Source: Clostridia bacterium
GTDB taxonomy: Bacteria; Bacillota; Clostridia; Christensenellales; Borkfalkiaceae
Assembly (NCBI GenBank): GCA_017505465.1
Contig: JAFVPE010000020.1
Coordinates: forward strand, 11,701 to 75,700
Reading direction: 5' to 3'
DNA: 64,000 nucleotides
Made by a program: the position numbers and the translations under genes. The number at the start of each line of letters is the position of its first letter. Position 1 is the stretch's first letter. Below are positions 1 through 8,192 of the stretch, one piece after another. The notes under the pieces are model-generated. The model made no database searches. It saw nothing but the letters and a program-made list of their open reading frames with translations, and was not told where the DNA came from.

Positions 1-864
1 ATAAAAATCCCCGAATACGAGCGCGTTTTCTCTTATCAAATCATCGAATCGTTTATGGTGCTTGCCAACGAAACGGTTGCCGAGTATATGCACTCTATCG
101 AAGCCCCTTTCGTTTATCGTATTCACGAAAAGCCGAGTCAAGAAAAAGCTGTTGCTTTCCGTGCATTTGCGCAAACGCTTGGGATAAACGCACGCTTCAA
201 TGCCGATGAAGTTAAACCGTATGATTACCAACGCATTTTGAAGTCCGCAGAAGGTTTACCAACCTATTCGGTGCTTAATCGCGTGATGCTTCGCTCTATG
301 CAAAAGGCGAAATATTCCCCCGAAAACGTCGGGCATTTCGGTTTGGCAAGCGAATGCTACTGCCACTTTACTTCCCCCATTCGACGTTATCCCGATCTTT
401 GCATTCACCGTATTATCAAGGAAGTTATTAACGGCGGCTATGCACAAGCAATAGATACGTACGGCGAATTTGTTATTCGAGCAGCAGACCAATCTTCGGC
501 TAGAGAAAGACGAGCAACGGACGCGGAACGTGACGTAGACGATTTGTATATGACAATGTATATGAGTGACCATATTGGCGAAGAATTTGACGCCGTTATT
601 TCGGGCGTAACTTCCTTCGGCTTGTTTGCGGAACTGCCGAATACGATTGAAGGATTTATCCCCCTTGAAAGCTTGTACGGCGAATACGTTTTTGATTCTG
701 ATCGTTTTACTTTGACGGGTCCTTACGGCAAATACACCATCGGCGAAGAAATCCGCATAAAGGTCGTTGACGTAGATTTTTATCGTAGAAGAACGGAATT
801 TAGAGTGTTAAATAAGAAAAAACGCCCCACCATGTACGCAACGAATGAGAATTCGGAGGAATAA
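1..864 (+). CDS. rnr: Ribonuclease R, C-terminal part (5-prime end lies upstream of the window)
   Basis: Frame 1 is open from base 1. RNB-domain C-terminal motif (GHFGLAS..YCHFTSPIRRYPDL), then an S1-like domain (EEFDAVISGVTSFGLFAEL) and a basic tail. Classic rnr-smpB pairing. Confidence 0.85.
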   Translation: MKIPEYERVFSYQIIESFMVLANETVAEYMHSIEAPFVYRIHEKPSQEKAVAFRAFAQTLGINARFNADEVKPYDYQRILKSAEGLPTYSVLNRVMLRSMQKAKYSPENVGHFGLASECYCHFTSPIRRYPDLCIHRIIKEVINGGYAQAIDTYGEFVIRAADQSSARERRATDAERDVDDLYMTMYMSDHIGEEFDAVISGVTSFGLFAELPNTIEGFIPLESLYGEYVFDSDRFTLTGPYGKYTIGEEIRIKVVDVDFYRRRTEFRVLNKKKRPTMYATNENSEE

Positions 865-866
865 CC

Positions 867-1319
867 ATGAAAATTATCGCAACGAATAAAAGTGCTTCGT
901 TTGAATATTTTATCGAAGACAAATACGAAGCAGGCATCGTTTTGGAAGGAAACGAGGTCAAGTCTTTGCGCGCAGGAAACGTCAATATGAACGACAGTTT
1001 TTGCTTTGTGCGCGACGGCGAAGTTTCCGTAAAAAATATGCATATCGCTCTTTTTGATAAATCGGATGCGTTTAGCACGAAAGATACAAGACGGGATAGA
1101 AAGCTCCTTTTACACAACAGTGAAATCGCCAAAATCGTAGGTAAAATCAATCGACAAGGCTACACGCTTGTCCCCTTGAAAATGTACTTCAAAGGCTCTT
1201 TAATAAAAATGGAAATTGCCCTTTGTAAAGGTAAGCACACCTTTGATAAGAAGCAATCTATCGCCGAGCGAGATATCAAGCGTTCGCTCGATAGAGATAT
1301 CAAAAACGCAGGATTTTAA
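867..1319 (+). CDS. smpB: SsrA-binding protein SmpB
   Basis: 150 aa. N-terminus KSASFEYFIEDKYEAGIVLEGNEVKSLR and C-terminal basic tail are typical SmpB. GGAGGA SD lies 6 nt upstream. Confidence 0.95.
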   Translation: MKIIATNKSASFEYFIEDKYEAGIVLEGNEVKSLRAGNVNMNDSFCFVRDGEVSVKNMHIALFDKSDAFSTKDTRRDRKLLLHNSEIAKIVGKINRQGYTLVPLKMYFKGSLIKMEIALCKGKHTFDKKQSIAERDIKRSLDRDIKNAGF

Positions 1320-1325
1320 ACGAAA

Positions 1326-1360
1326 AGACCGCGCTCCTTAAAGGCTGCGGTCTTCTTTAT
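1326..1360 (+). terminator. Candidate intrinsic terminator of smpB
   Basis: AGACCGC (1326-1332) pairs with GCGGTCT (1347-1353) and is followed by TCTTTAT. The stem is only 7 bp and the loop is large, so this is a weak call. Confidence 0.4.
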
Positions 1361-1443
1361 ATTACAACGTTGAACGGAAAAATCCACGCCCCTTAAAGGC
1401 TGCGGTCTTCTTTATATTACAACGTTGAACGGAAAAATCCACG
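1332..1443. repeat. Tandem duplication, period 55 bp, two copies
   Basis: Perfect 53-nt copies at 1336-1388 and 1391-1443 (CCTTAAAGGCTGCGGTCTTCTTTATATTACAACGTTGAACGGAAAAATCCACG). Confidence 0.9.
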
Positions 1444-2085
1444 ACGACGGGTTTCCACCAAATGATATTCCTTTACGTTCTCAAAATTCGTATATACGGG
1501 GCTTTGCGGCGAAGCAAAGGCAATCGAACCAGATACGTCCGCTATCATCGCATAGCCCACGCCACAAAAGAAAATTGGCACGCCGTAGCAATACGCATAC
1601 GCGCGAAGCAATACCGATTGCAAACTATCCGTCAATCTACCATACGGACAAACGATAAAATCACAGCCGCATACGGCAAGAGATTTTACGACGTCAGGGA
1701 AATTCAAATCGTCCGCAACGGCAACCCCCATTCTTCCTGCTCCCGTTTCATAAATTTTTAATGCAGCGCCGCTTCCAACTTCGCCGTCTATGACGTTAAG
1801 CATATCCGAAACACCAAGCAATCTCCCTTTATCCGCCACCACAACGGATTTTCGCTTATGACCGCGCGTATCGGTAATACAGCCACAAACAAGCGTGTTT
1901 TTCCCTGTCTTTGATAAAAGTGCCGCTTCCTCAAAAAAGCTGCTTTCCCCTTTTAATTCCTTTTCGTAGCTAACCTCACCCATCCCCTCAAAACCGAATA
2001 GCAATAGTTCCGCACGTTCTGCGCAAGCGCTATGTTTTTCTTTAAACGCACGTAGCGTTCCCTTCCCAATAAATCCTATCCGCAT
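1417..2085 (-). CDS. Carbon-nitrogen hydrolase (nitrilase superfamily)-like protein, probably catalytically degenerate
   Basis: 222 aa with GGGAGGGG SD. The block GVAVADDLNFPDVVKSLAVCGCDFIVCP resembles the nitrilase G-x-x-I-C-x-D-x-x-FPE motif, but Ala occupies the nucleophile Cys position. Confidence 0.5.
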   Translation of the reverse strand: MRIGFIGKGTLRAFKEKHSACAERAELLLFGFEGMGEVSYEKELKGESSFFEEAALLSKTGKNTLVCGCITDTRGHKRKSVVVADKGRLLGVSDMLNVIDGEVGSGAALKIYETGAGRMGVAVADDLNFPDVVKSLAVCGCDFIVCPYGRLTDSLQSVLLRAYAYCYGVPIFFCGVGYAMIADVSGSIAFASPQSPVYTNFENVKEYHLVETRRRGFFRSTL

Positions 2086-2206
2086 CTTCCCCTCCCTACT
2101 CTTTCATTATATCCTTTTAGGCATAAAAAGGTGACAGTCATCGCACGCAAAAAATAAAATGTATAGAGAGCACGGATTTTGTCTATACTTTTCCTCGGAG
2201 GTGCGT

Positions 2207-2296
2207 ATGTTTTGGTTGGGATTGCTTATCGGGTTTATTTTAGGCGCTAATGGCGGCGTTATATTGATGGCTCTTTTTAAAATACGTAAAAGATAA
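2207..2296 (+). CDS. Small hydrophobic peptide, 29 aa (absent from the provided ORF track, likely because of its size)
   Basis: ATG at 2207 with GGAGG (2197-2201) 5 nt upstream. Translation is MFWLGLLIGFILGANGGVILMALFKIRKR. The stop codon is followed directly by a strong hairpin. Confidence 0.4.
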   Translation: MFWLGLLIGFILGANGGVILMALFKIRKR

Positions 2297-2320
2297 ATCG
2301 GCGGTTCAAAACCGCCGATT
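2296..2320. terminator. Bidirectional intrinsic terminator
   Basis: AATCGGCGGTT-CAA-AACCGCCGATT hairpin followed by TTATTATTT. It sits between the convergent small ORF and the kinase gene. Confidence 0.6.
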
Positions 2321-2323
2321 TTA

Positions 2324-3439
2324 TTATTTACAATACTTTTTTACGATTTCTTGCATCTCAGGAAGATGCGCTATCATATCCTTGGCAAGCACCAAATGGC
2401 ATCTTGCGCGAACAAGGTTTTGATCGGGATAATGGATCTTAAAATACTTATCCCCATTGATGTAATCCGTCAAGAAACGCATACCGCATTCTACCGTCAT
2501 GGCAATCGCACCGAGCGCAAGAGAGTCCTTTTCTGCATCCAATAACGCACCACTAACTTCGCCTACAAAGCCGCGTGTAAACGCCTCGTATTTTTCAATA
2601 TCCAAAGCAACGATATCCAAATCGCGCTCGTCTTCCGCAGACGTGGACGCCGCCACGCGAATCGCATCGCCAAAGTCAAATGCAACAAGCCCCGGCATTA
2701 CCGTATCCAAGTCGATTACCGAAAGGTGCTCGTGCGTATCCGCATCGAAAAGAACGTTACTCGTTTTTGTATCGTTATGCGTTACACGCAAGGGTAAAAT
2801 CCCTTCTCTTTGCATACGATAGCACTTCGTTGCGATTTCTTCAAGCTCTAAATAACCGTCAATATCCGCTTGTATATCCGCCACGCGGTACTCTGCATCT
2901 TCCGCTATGGCATCGCGGAATGCGGCATAACGACGCACGGTATTATGGAAATGTGGGATAACAATACTCAATTTCTCTACAGGATAATCTTGCAAATACC
3001 GTTGGAATTCCCCAAATGCCTTGCCCGATTCCTCAATCACCTTCAAATCATCCGTATACTCAAAGCAAACGGAGCCGTCGATATAACGGCAACAACGCCA
3101 AAAACCGCCGTCGTCCATAAAGGTATAATAATCCCCCTCACACGTTTTTGCATAATGCAAAACGTTACGCTTTGCCGTAGCCTGTTTCGCTTTGATTTTT
3201 GCTCGAATGAACTCTGTAACCGAAGAAATATTATCCATCACGCTAACGGGATCACGGAATACGTAAGTGTTAACTCTTTGCAAAATATAGTCTTTTAATT
3301 CCCCGTTGCGAAAGTAATATACGCGATAGGTAGTGTTGATATGTCCGCTGTTGATAATCTCGTAAGAACGATACTCCCCGCATAAACAAAACCGTTCGCA
3401 TACTTCTTTGATTTGTTGTTCTTCCTTTTCTTTTATCAT
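2324..3439 (-). CDS. nahK: N-acetylhexosamine 1-kinase (NahK/LnpB family, APH-type phosphotransferase)
   Basis: 371 aa. GHINTTY, RVTHNDTKTSNVLFD, VIDLDTVMPG..FDFGD and ECGMRFLTDYINGD blocks match my recollection of Bifidobacterium NahK. Confidence 0.75.
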   Translation of the reverse strand: MIKEKEEQQIKEVCERFCLCGEYRSYEIINSGHINTTYRVYYFRNGELKDYILQRVNTYVFRDPVSVMDNISSVTEFIRAKIKAKQATAKRNVLHYAKTCEGDYYTFMDDGGFWRCCRYIDGSVCFEYTDDLKVIEESGKAFGEFQRYLQDYPVEKLSIVIPHFHNTVRRYAAFRDAIAEDAEYRVADIQADIDGYLELEEIATKCYRMQREGILPLRVTHNDTKTSNVLFDADTHEHLSVIDLDTVMPGLVAFDFGDAIRVAASTSAEDERDLDIVALDIEKYEAFTRGFVGEVSGALLDAEKDSLALGAIAMTVECGMRFLTDYINGDKYFKIHYPDQNLVRARCHLVLAKDMIAHLPEMQEIVKKYCK

Positions 3440-3661
3440 CCTAAAATCCTTTTGATGTTTTTCGTCATACCCTTAAAGGAAACGATACTAAATAGGTATG
3501 CGAATGCGCCTTTTTTTGCCACTTTACCCAATAAAACACGTTGAAACCCCTCTTATCCTATAAAGCGCCACGTCTATTATACCATTATCCATAAACATTG
3601 TCAAGACATTTCCGTTTTTTTCTTTTGAATAAAAATTGTTTCAATTACAAATACTTGCCGT

Positions 3662-4528
3662 ATGAAATCAAGCTTGAAACGTCCTTTTTGCATAGCAGTG
3701 TTTGCAATATTATTTTCGTCTTTTGGTTGCAGTAAACCCACACCTGCCCCCTCCGTTTCGGATAAATTGCCCCCACTTAATAGCTCAAGCTTATCTTCCG
3801 TAGACAATAACGAGTCCACTTCCAAACCGCAAAATGCGCCCGTAGATCCCGACGTGTGGGACCTTTCCGACGTTGACGTTTCCAACGTAGATACAAATAA
3901 AAAGTTAATTTCCTTTACTTTTGATGATTCCCCGAACCGCACGCTTGAAAATATATTCGCCGTATATGCGGAATACAATGAGCAAAATCCCGATTGCAAA
4001 GCAACGGCTACCGTCTTTTTTAACGGATACTTGATGAATGCGCAAAGCCCCCACCTACTTGCTACTGCCTGCGCATTGGGTTTTGAGCTTGGAAATCATA
4101 CCTATTCCCATTACGATCTCACCACGCTTGACGAAGCAACCTTGCGCGATGAAATTGATAGGATGGATGATTTACTTGGAGCAGTAGACGGAAAAAAACG
4201 GCATTTACTTCGTGCCCCTTACGGAAAAACAAGTGATTTTATCAAGGCTCGTTCCCCCGTTCCGCTCATCAATTGGACGATTGACACCTTGGATTGGACG
4301 GGTGTGTCCGCCGACACGATTTACCGCACGGTATACGACAACCGTTTTTCAGGAGCAATTGTTTTGATGCACGACGGACCGAAGAATACGGTAGACGCCT
4401 TAAAACGGCTTTTACCCGATTTAAAGGCGGATGGGTATCAAGTAGTCGGTGTTTCTCAACTTGCCAAGGCGCACGGTTGCGTGCTCAAAAAAGGGAGTAC
4501 CTATATCCGCGCTAGAAAACAATTTTGA
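3662..4528 (+). CDS. Polysaccharide deacetylase (NodB-domain) lipoprotein
   Basis: Signal peptide with lipobox (LFSSFGC). NodB motifs FTFDDSP, HTYSH, LRAPYG and IVLMHD. No clear SD. Confidence 0.8.
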   Translation: MKSSLKRPFCIAVFAILFSSFGCSKPTPAPSVSDKLPPLNSSSLSSVDNNESTSKPQNAPVDPDVWDLSDVDVSNVDTNKKLISFTFDDSPNRTLENIFAVYAEYNEQNPDCKATATVFFNGYLMNAQSPHLLATACALGFELGNHTYSHYDLTTLDEATLRDEIDRMDDLLGAVDGKKRHLLRAPYGKTSDFIKARSPVPLINWTIDTLDWTGVSADTIYRTVYDNRFSGAIVLMHDGPKNTVDALKRLLPDLKADGYQVVGVSQLAKAHGCVLKKGSTYIRARKQF

Positions 4529-4558
4529 GCAAACCATGTATGCGTTGAATAAAAAAAC

Positions 4559-4586
4559 GCCCCAAAAGTCCAACGACTTTTGGGGC
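4559..4586. terminator. Bidirectional intrinsic terminator
   Basis: GCCCCAAAAGT-CCAACG-ACTTTTGGGGC hairpin flanked by an A-run and a T-rich tract, between convergent genes. Confidence 0.65.
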
Positions 4587-4600
4587 GTATATTTCTTTAT

Positions 4601-5923
4601 TTAATTGAAGAATTCGTTATAAATGGCTTTGATACAATTTGCGCAATCCGCATTGTCTACACCGACGATGATATTCAGCTCGCTCGAACCTTGGTCGATC
4701 ATATTTACGTTGATCCCAACTTCCGACAAAGCCTTGAATAATCTTGCGGAAGTACCAACGTTCTTTGCCATACCATGCCCTACCGTCGCTACAAGCGCAA
4801 TATTTTCATGCACGTAAATTTTATCGGGATGCACCGCTTCTTGCATCTCTTGAAGCAACGTTTCCAACATCCCGTTTTTCAAGAATTCGTTGTCGATAAC
4901 AAGGGACATCGTATCGATACCCGAAGGCAAATGTTCGAAGGAAATTCCGTGTCTACCGATCACCGCAAGCACCTTTTGAACGAACCCAACTTCCGAGTTC
5001 ATTAAGGATTTTTCAAGCGTAATAGATGTAAAGTCCTTCTTACCTGCAATGCCCGTTACAACGTAACCGCGAATATCACGCGTGGAATTTTTTACGATAT
5101 AGGTACCTGCATCTTCTGGTTTAAAAGTATTACAAATACGAATGGGAATGCCTGCGCTTCTTACAGGAAAAATCGATTCGCTATGTAATACGTTTGCGCC
5201 CATATACGAAAGCTCGCGAAGCTCTTGATAAGTGAGTTCGGGAATCCATTTCGGCGAATTTACAATACGGGGATCGCATACGTAAAAGCCGCTAACGTCC
5301 GTCCAATTTTCATAGAGTGACGCCATAACCGAACGAGCCACCACAGAGCCGGAAATATCGCCGCCACCACGAGAAAAGGTCTTTACCTTACCGTCTGCGC
5401 CAAGCCCATAGAATCCGGGAATAACCGCACGAGAATACTTGGAAAGCACCTTTGCTCCAAGCTCAAACGTCGCCTTATCCAATCCGCCGTTTTCGTCGAA
5501 ACGAATAAATTCCGTTGCGTCAACGAACGGGACGTCCAACACTGCCGCCATAATTTTTGCCGCAAGGAATTCCCCACGCGAAGCACAATAATCACGGCCT
5601 GCACCGCTTAAAATCTCATTTTCCGCTTCATCCAATCCGTCGTTAATATGAAGATCTTTGCCGATCTCCGCTTCAATGTTGGTAAAACGCACGCGAATTT
5701 TTCCAAAGGTTTCCTTGAAAGCCGCAATATCGCCGCTTTCCACCTCGTCCGCGCATTTATATAACAGGTCGGTTACCTTAATATCGCCGCTGAAACGTTT
5801 CCCCGGCGCGGAAACGACCACGAAACGACGGTCTTGATCACTCTCGATGATCTTCGCAGCCGCAAGAATGATATTGCCGCTCGCCATCGACGTGCCGCCG
5901 AATTTACACACTTTGATTGCCAT
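4601..5923 (-). CDS. lysC: Aspartate kinase
   Basis: N-terminus MAIKVCKFGGTSM, kinase core and C-terminal ACT domains. Start set at the in-frame ATG at 5923, which has AGGAG 7 nt upstream, rather than the ORF-track start at 5965. Confidence 0.9.
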   Translation of the reverse strand: MAIKVCKFGGTSMASGNIILAAAKIIESDQDRRFVVVSAPGKRFSGDIKVTDLLYKCADEVESGDIAAFKETFGKIRVRFTNIEAEIGKDLHINDGLDEAENEILSGAGRDYCASRGEFLAAKIMAAVLDVPFVDATEFIRFDENGGLDKATFELGAKVLSKYSRAVIPGFYGLGADGKVKTFSRGGGDISGSVVARSVMASLYENWTDVSGFYVCDPRIVNSPKWIPELTYQELRELSYMGANVLHSESIFPVRSAGIPIRICNTFKPEDAGTYIVKNSTRDIRGYVVTGIAGKKDFTSITLEKSLMNSEVGFVQKVLAVIGRHGISFEHLPSGIDTMSLVIDNEFLKNGMLETLLQEMQEAVHPDKIYVHENIALVATVGHGMAKNVGTSARLFKALSEVGINVNMIDQGSSELNIIVGVDNADCANCIKAIYNEFFN

Positions 5924-5983
5924 ACAAACTCCTTTCTGATGAGAACAACGTTCTCTCAACTTCAAAACTTTCCCCCCCGTTTA

Positions 5984-6091
5984 TCAGTTGATATTCAAAG
6001 CGAGCACAATGAGAAAAGCCAAAACAAGACAGATCGCTTTGATCCAAAACTTGGATACGAATACACGTTTCAAGAATTCAACGAATTTCAT
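5984..6091 (-). CDS. 35-aa single-pass membrane mini-ORF, resembling the N-terminal anchor of CdaR/YbbR
   Basis: The ATG overlaps the cdaA stop (TAATG at 6089-6093). GGGAGG lies 9 nt upstream. Translation is MKFVEFLKRVFVSKFWIKAICLVLAFLIVLALNIN. Absent from the provided ORF track, likely because of its size. Confidence 0.4.
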   Translation of the reverse strand: MKFVEFLKRVFVSKFWIKAICLVLAFLIVLALNIN

Positions 6092-6966
6092 TATTTGTTT
6101 CCTCCCATTATCTCATTATAGTATTCCGTGAGAATTTTTGTGAGCATTTCACTGTCCGCATATCTAGTTACTTCGCCCTGTTTCACAATCGAAATAATCC
6201 CCGTTTCTTCCGAAACGACAAGCGATATTACGTTTGCTACCACTTCGGTGATGCCGATTGCCGCGCGATGGCGAGTACCCAATTCTTTGGGATAACTCGT
6301 TCTCTGCGTCGTAGGCAAGAAGCAGCTCGCCGATTGAATCTTATGTCCGCGGATAATCATCGCGCCGTCGTGCAAGGGCGAGTTCGGGAAGAACGTCCCC
6401 TCGATCATTTGCGTGGAAATTTCCGCATTGATTTCAATGCCGCTTTCAAATACCGTTTTAGGAAGATTGCCTTTGGAAAGAACAATCAACGCGCCAACGT
6501 TGTTTTTGGACATATTTTGAAGGGATGCAATAATCGCCTTGATGCAACGATCGGTATCCGCTTGCGTACGTACTTCACGGTGGCCGTTCACACCCTTATC
6601 CGTGTTCGCTTTCACCTTATGTACGTCCCAGAAATATTTCTTTACTTCCACGTTGAACAAAATCAACATAATTGCGGAAACAAGTATGACGTAAATAAGC
6701 AAGAATTGCTTATTGATATTATTGCCGCCGATCAAGAAATCAATGAAATATATGCAGTAGCCTGCAACGATGACTCCCCAATATACGACCATCAATTTTG
6801 TTGCGCCGTTATCTCTTAACACCTTGGAAACCAAGAACAAGATCGCGAAAAAGAACACCGTTTCCGAAAGATAAAGGAAAAGGTATCCTACGTTTCCAAA
6901 ATTTTGGAAAAATCCTTTCAAGGAATCCAAAATTTCCGCACCTCTGCCTAAAAGCGCCATTGTCAT
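6091..6966 (-). CDS. cdaA: Diadenylate cyclase CdaA (membrane-anchored DAC domain)
   Basis: Three N-terminal TM helices. DAC motifs GALIVL, PLHDGAMII and GTRHRAAIG. AGGAGG SD. Confidence 0.9.
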   Translation of the reverse strand: MTMALLGRGAEILDSLKGFFQNFGNVGYLFLYLSETVFFFAILFLVSKVLRDNGATKLMVVYWGVIVAGYCIYFIDFLIGGNNINKQFLLIYVILVSAIMLILFNVEVKKYFWDVHKVKANTDKGVNGHREVRTQADTDRCIKAIIASLQNMSKNNVGALIVLSKGNLPKTVFESGIEINAEISTQMIEGTFFPNSPLHDGAMIIRGHKIQSASCFLPTTQRTSYPKELGTRHRAAIGITEVVANVISLVVSEETGIISIVKQGEVTRYADSEMLTKILTEYYNEIMGGNK

Positions 6967-7080
6967 ATGATTGCCTCCTATAAACCACCGTTTTCGCGTA
7001 TACGCGCGAATATAACGAGATTCGTTAATATTATTATATATTATCTATCGCCAAAAATAAAGCGTTTGAAGAATATTTTT

Positions 7081-8079
7081 TTAGTTTTTTTCAAAAAATA
7101 ACCGCATTGTTACCGTTTTTAACGCCGAAGACGGAGTTAAAAGCCCCCCTTTTATACCGCTAATGGCGTCATACACGGCAGTATATGCGTTAAGCACTCC
7201 TTCTTTGCCAAGCTTTGCCGCCTGCTCGCGGCTCTTTTTTGCGGCATATTCTTTCATTCCGAGCGTTGCAGCCACCTCTTTATCGCTCCCCTTGCAGGAA
7301 GATACTTCGTAAAGCTTTTGGAAATACGAAGCGAGCGAAGACAAGAGTGAAGTTTCATTGAAACCGCGCGTTGAAAGGTCTTTTGCCACCTTCATATACT
7401 GCGAATAATTTTTTCGCGCAAGAGCGTCGGCAAGCTCGTAAATTTTATATTCCGAATCGGGATATACAAGCGAGTCCACCGTTTCGTCCGTGAGTTTTGT
7501 TTCCCCGCGAGCGGTACAATACCCAAGCAATTTTTCCGTTTCTTTGGAAATTCTCGACATATCGTACACGCAATAGGACGCCAACTTACTGCAAGTGATG
7601 CCGTCCGCATAGACGCCTGCGCGCTTGCAAGTGATATAAATCCATTTCTTGATTGTTTCTTCATCCGAGCGCGCGCAATCCACGTGCGTTACGTTGGGCT
7701 TTTTCGCAAGCGCCGCCGTACCCGTTTTTCCCTTACCGCTATTGATGATAAGAAGTATACCTGCTTGCGGCGGATTGTCGAAAAGGGGTTTCAAATACGT
7801 TTCAAAATCCTTTTCCGTTGGATAAAACTCCGACACGCGCACCACCCGTTTTTCGCTAACGAACGGGAAACAGCATACCGCATCGACAAGTGTCTTCAAC
7901 TTATCCCCCTTCAAAGACGCTCCGTCAAAGGATGCGTAGTCGAGCGTGGGCTCTTGCAAGAACCGAGCTTTTATCATCGCTTCGCCCTTCTCACGGAAAT
8001 ACCCTTCTTCCCCCTCGAAAAGATAAATGGGCTGTGCGCCGTTTTCATCGGTAAATTTTTTAAAATCTACGTATTTCAT
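7081..8079 (-). CDS. holA: DNA polymerase III delta subunit
   Basis: 332 aa from the in-frame ATG at 8079 (MKYVDFKKF..PIYLFEGEEGYF). The longer ORF-track version would overlap comEC. comEC-holA is a conserved gene order. Confidence 0.8.
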   Translation of the reverse strand: MKYVDFKKFTDENGAQPIYLFEGEEGYFREKGEAMIKARFLQEPTLDYASFDGASLKGDKLKTLVDAVCCFPFVSEKRVVRVSEFYPTEKDFETYLKPLFDNPPQAGILLIINSGKGKTGTAALAKKPNVTHVDCARSDEETIKKWIYITCKRAGVYADGITCSKLASYCVYDMSRISKETEKLLGYCTARGETKLTDETVDSLVYPDSEYKIYELADALARKNYSQYMKVAKDLSTRGFNETSLLSSLASYFQKLYEVSSCKGSDKEVAATLGMKEYAAKKSREQAAKLGKEGVLNAYTAVYDAISGIKGGLLTPSSALKTVTMRLFFEKN

Positions 8080-8115
8080 AACTTTTAAAAGACGCCTCCT
8101 CCCATTCTTTTTACC

Positions 8116-8144
8116 ATTATAGCACTTTTTCGTAGAAAAAGCAA
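8116..8144 (-). promoter_or_regulatory. Candidate sigma-A promoter for holA
   Basis: On the minus strand: TTGCTT (8144-8139), 17-nt spacer, TATAAT (8121-8116). Confidence 0.45.
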
Positions 8145-8192
8145 GAGTCTTGGAATAAGTCTTTTTTCCAAATCCTTGCTTTCTGTCATTTT

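Noticed and set aside
1320-1416. I looked for the tmRNA gene (ssrA) that often follows smpB.
   Set aside because: The spacer is under 100 bp and is filled by the 55-bp tandem duplication. No tRNA-like acceptor/T-arm end (GGTTCGA..CCACCA) and no tag reading frame is present. A convergent CDS begins at 1417.
5924-5983. I looked for a lysine riboswitch (L-box) or T-box upstream of the aspartate kinase gene.
   Set aside because: Only 60 nt separate lysC from the upstream mini-ORF. That is too short for either leader, and none of their conserved cores is present.
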